Assembly (NCBI GenBank): GCA_015523565.1
Contig: WAKA01000219.1
Coordinates: 1 to 60,373 of the forward strand
DNA from: Candidatus Heimdallarchaeota archaeon
GTDB taxonomy: Archaea; Asgardarchaeota; Heimdallarchaeia; Heimdallarchaeales; Kariarchaeaceae
Direction: 5' to 3'
Length of the DNA: 60,373 bases
Below, piece by piece: positions 59,796-60,373 of this stretch (positions within the stretch are counted from its first letter, which is position 1; every line of letters begins with the position of its first letter). A model generated the notes under the pieces. That model was given only the letters and a program-made list of their open reading frames with translations. It was not told where the DNA came from and did no database searches. The translations under genes were made by a program, and so were the position numbers.

Positions 59796-60314
59796 AAAAT
59801 CGGCATCATCACGACTAGCGGAGACGCTCCCGGCATGAACTCCACCATCAGGGCATTGACAAGACTCGCAAGGGAACAGGGACTTGATGTCGTCGGCTTC
59901 CGAAGGGGGTGGGACGGACTCAGGAACAATGACTTCACCACCCTTACCGAGCGAACGGTTGGTGGTATCCTGCATCTTGGAGGCACAATGCTCCAAACAT
60001 CCAGATCAACCGCCCTTCGAACAAAGGAAGGTATCCGAAAAGCAGGGGAAACCCTCAGGAAACACGATATCCAAGACCTTGTTGTCATCGGCAGCTACGG
60101 ATCAATGAAAAGCTCCTCAATCCTGTCATCACATGAAGGCACAAGAATTATCGGTATTCCCGCAACAATTGACAATGACGTCTATGGAACCGAAGAGACA
60201 ATAGGGTTTGACACCGCAGTCAACACAGCAGTAAACCTAGTCGACAAAATCAGGGACACCGCCAAAAGCATGAACAGGGTATTTGTTGTCGAAGTCATGG
60301 GAAGGAAACATGGG
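59796..60314 (+). CDS. second, divergent PfkA-family phosphofructokinase (partial; start unclear; 3' interrupted)
   Basis: Manual translation gives KIGIITTSGDAPGMN..GWDGL..GGTML.TSR..IGSYGS..PATIDND..GFDTA..VEVMGRKHG. Confidence 0.85.
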
Positions 60315-60326
60315 TCGCAAAGGGTG

Positions 60327-60363
60327 GTTTCAATCCTATTTCTAGGTTTTAAGCGTTCGCGAC
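60327..60363 (-). CRISPR. single 37-bp CRISPR-type direct repeat (GTCGCGAACGCTTAAAACCTAGAAATAGGATTGAAAC on the minus strand)
   Basis: Length 37 bp, ATTGAAAC 3' end and internal CCTA/TAGG hairpin. Only one copy is visible before the window edge. Confidence 0.6.
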
Positions 60364-60373
60364 CAATTCTCCA

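Noticed and set aside
1-60373. pfk genes at both ends suggesting a circular element or terminal repeat
   Set aside because: The two genes differ strongly in DNA and protein sequence, so they are paralogs and not an overlap.
1-60373. Genome-wide TGA or TAG recoding
   Set aside because: Conserved genes such as pfkA and tfs end at TGA at their expected lengths, and Trp is encoded by TGG.

Overview
Chromosomal segment of an archaeon, roughly 40% GC by eye. It is most likely Asgard (Heimdallarchaeia-like), judging from eS25, aNAC, aIF5A, TFS, AglB, an A1:U72 tRNA-Gln, an intron-containing tRNA-Glu, a roadblock protein, a longin-like protein, a Ras-like small GTPase and a diphthamide-less EF-2 paralog. 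Most of the window is housekeeping: translation and RNA modification, two phosphofructokinases, the glyoxylate bypass aceB-aceA, SerK, HutH, SppA and V-ATPase subunit D. The main items worth follow-up are: (1) a tightly coupled five-gene operon (Zn-ribbon/HEAT, AAA+, vWA, unknown protein, HEAT) transcribed divergently from an unannotated CdrS-like RHH gene with a palindromic operator; (2) a strand-composition switch, AT-rich gap and TTCCA..TGGAA palindromes next to tRNA-Glu, flanked by large orphan ORFs, one with a possible PD-(D/E)xK nuclease; (3) an orphan CARF-HEPN (Csm6-like) gene; (4) a single 37-bp CRISPR-type repeat that interrupts the second, divergent pfk gene at the right edge. All calls come from reading motifs by eye; no searches were run.
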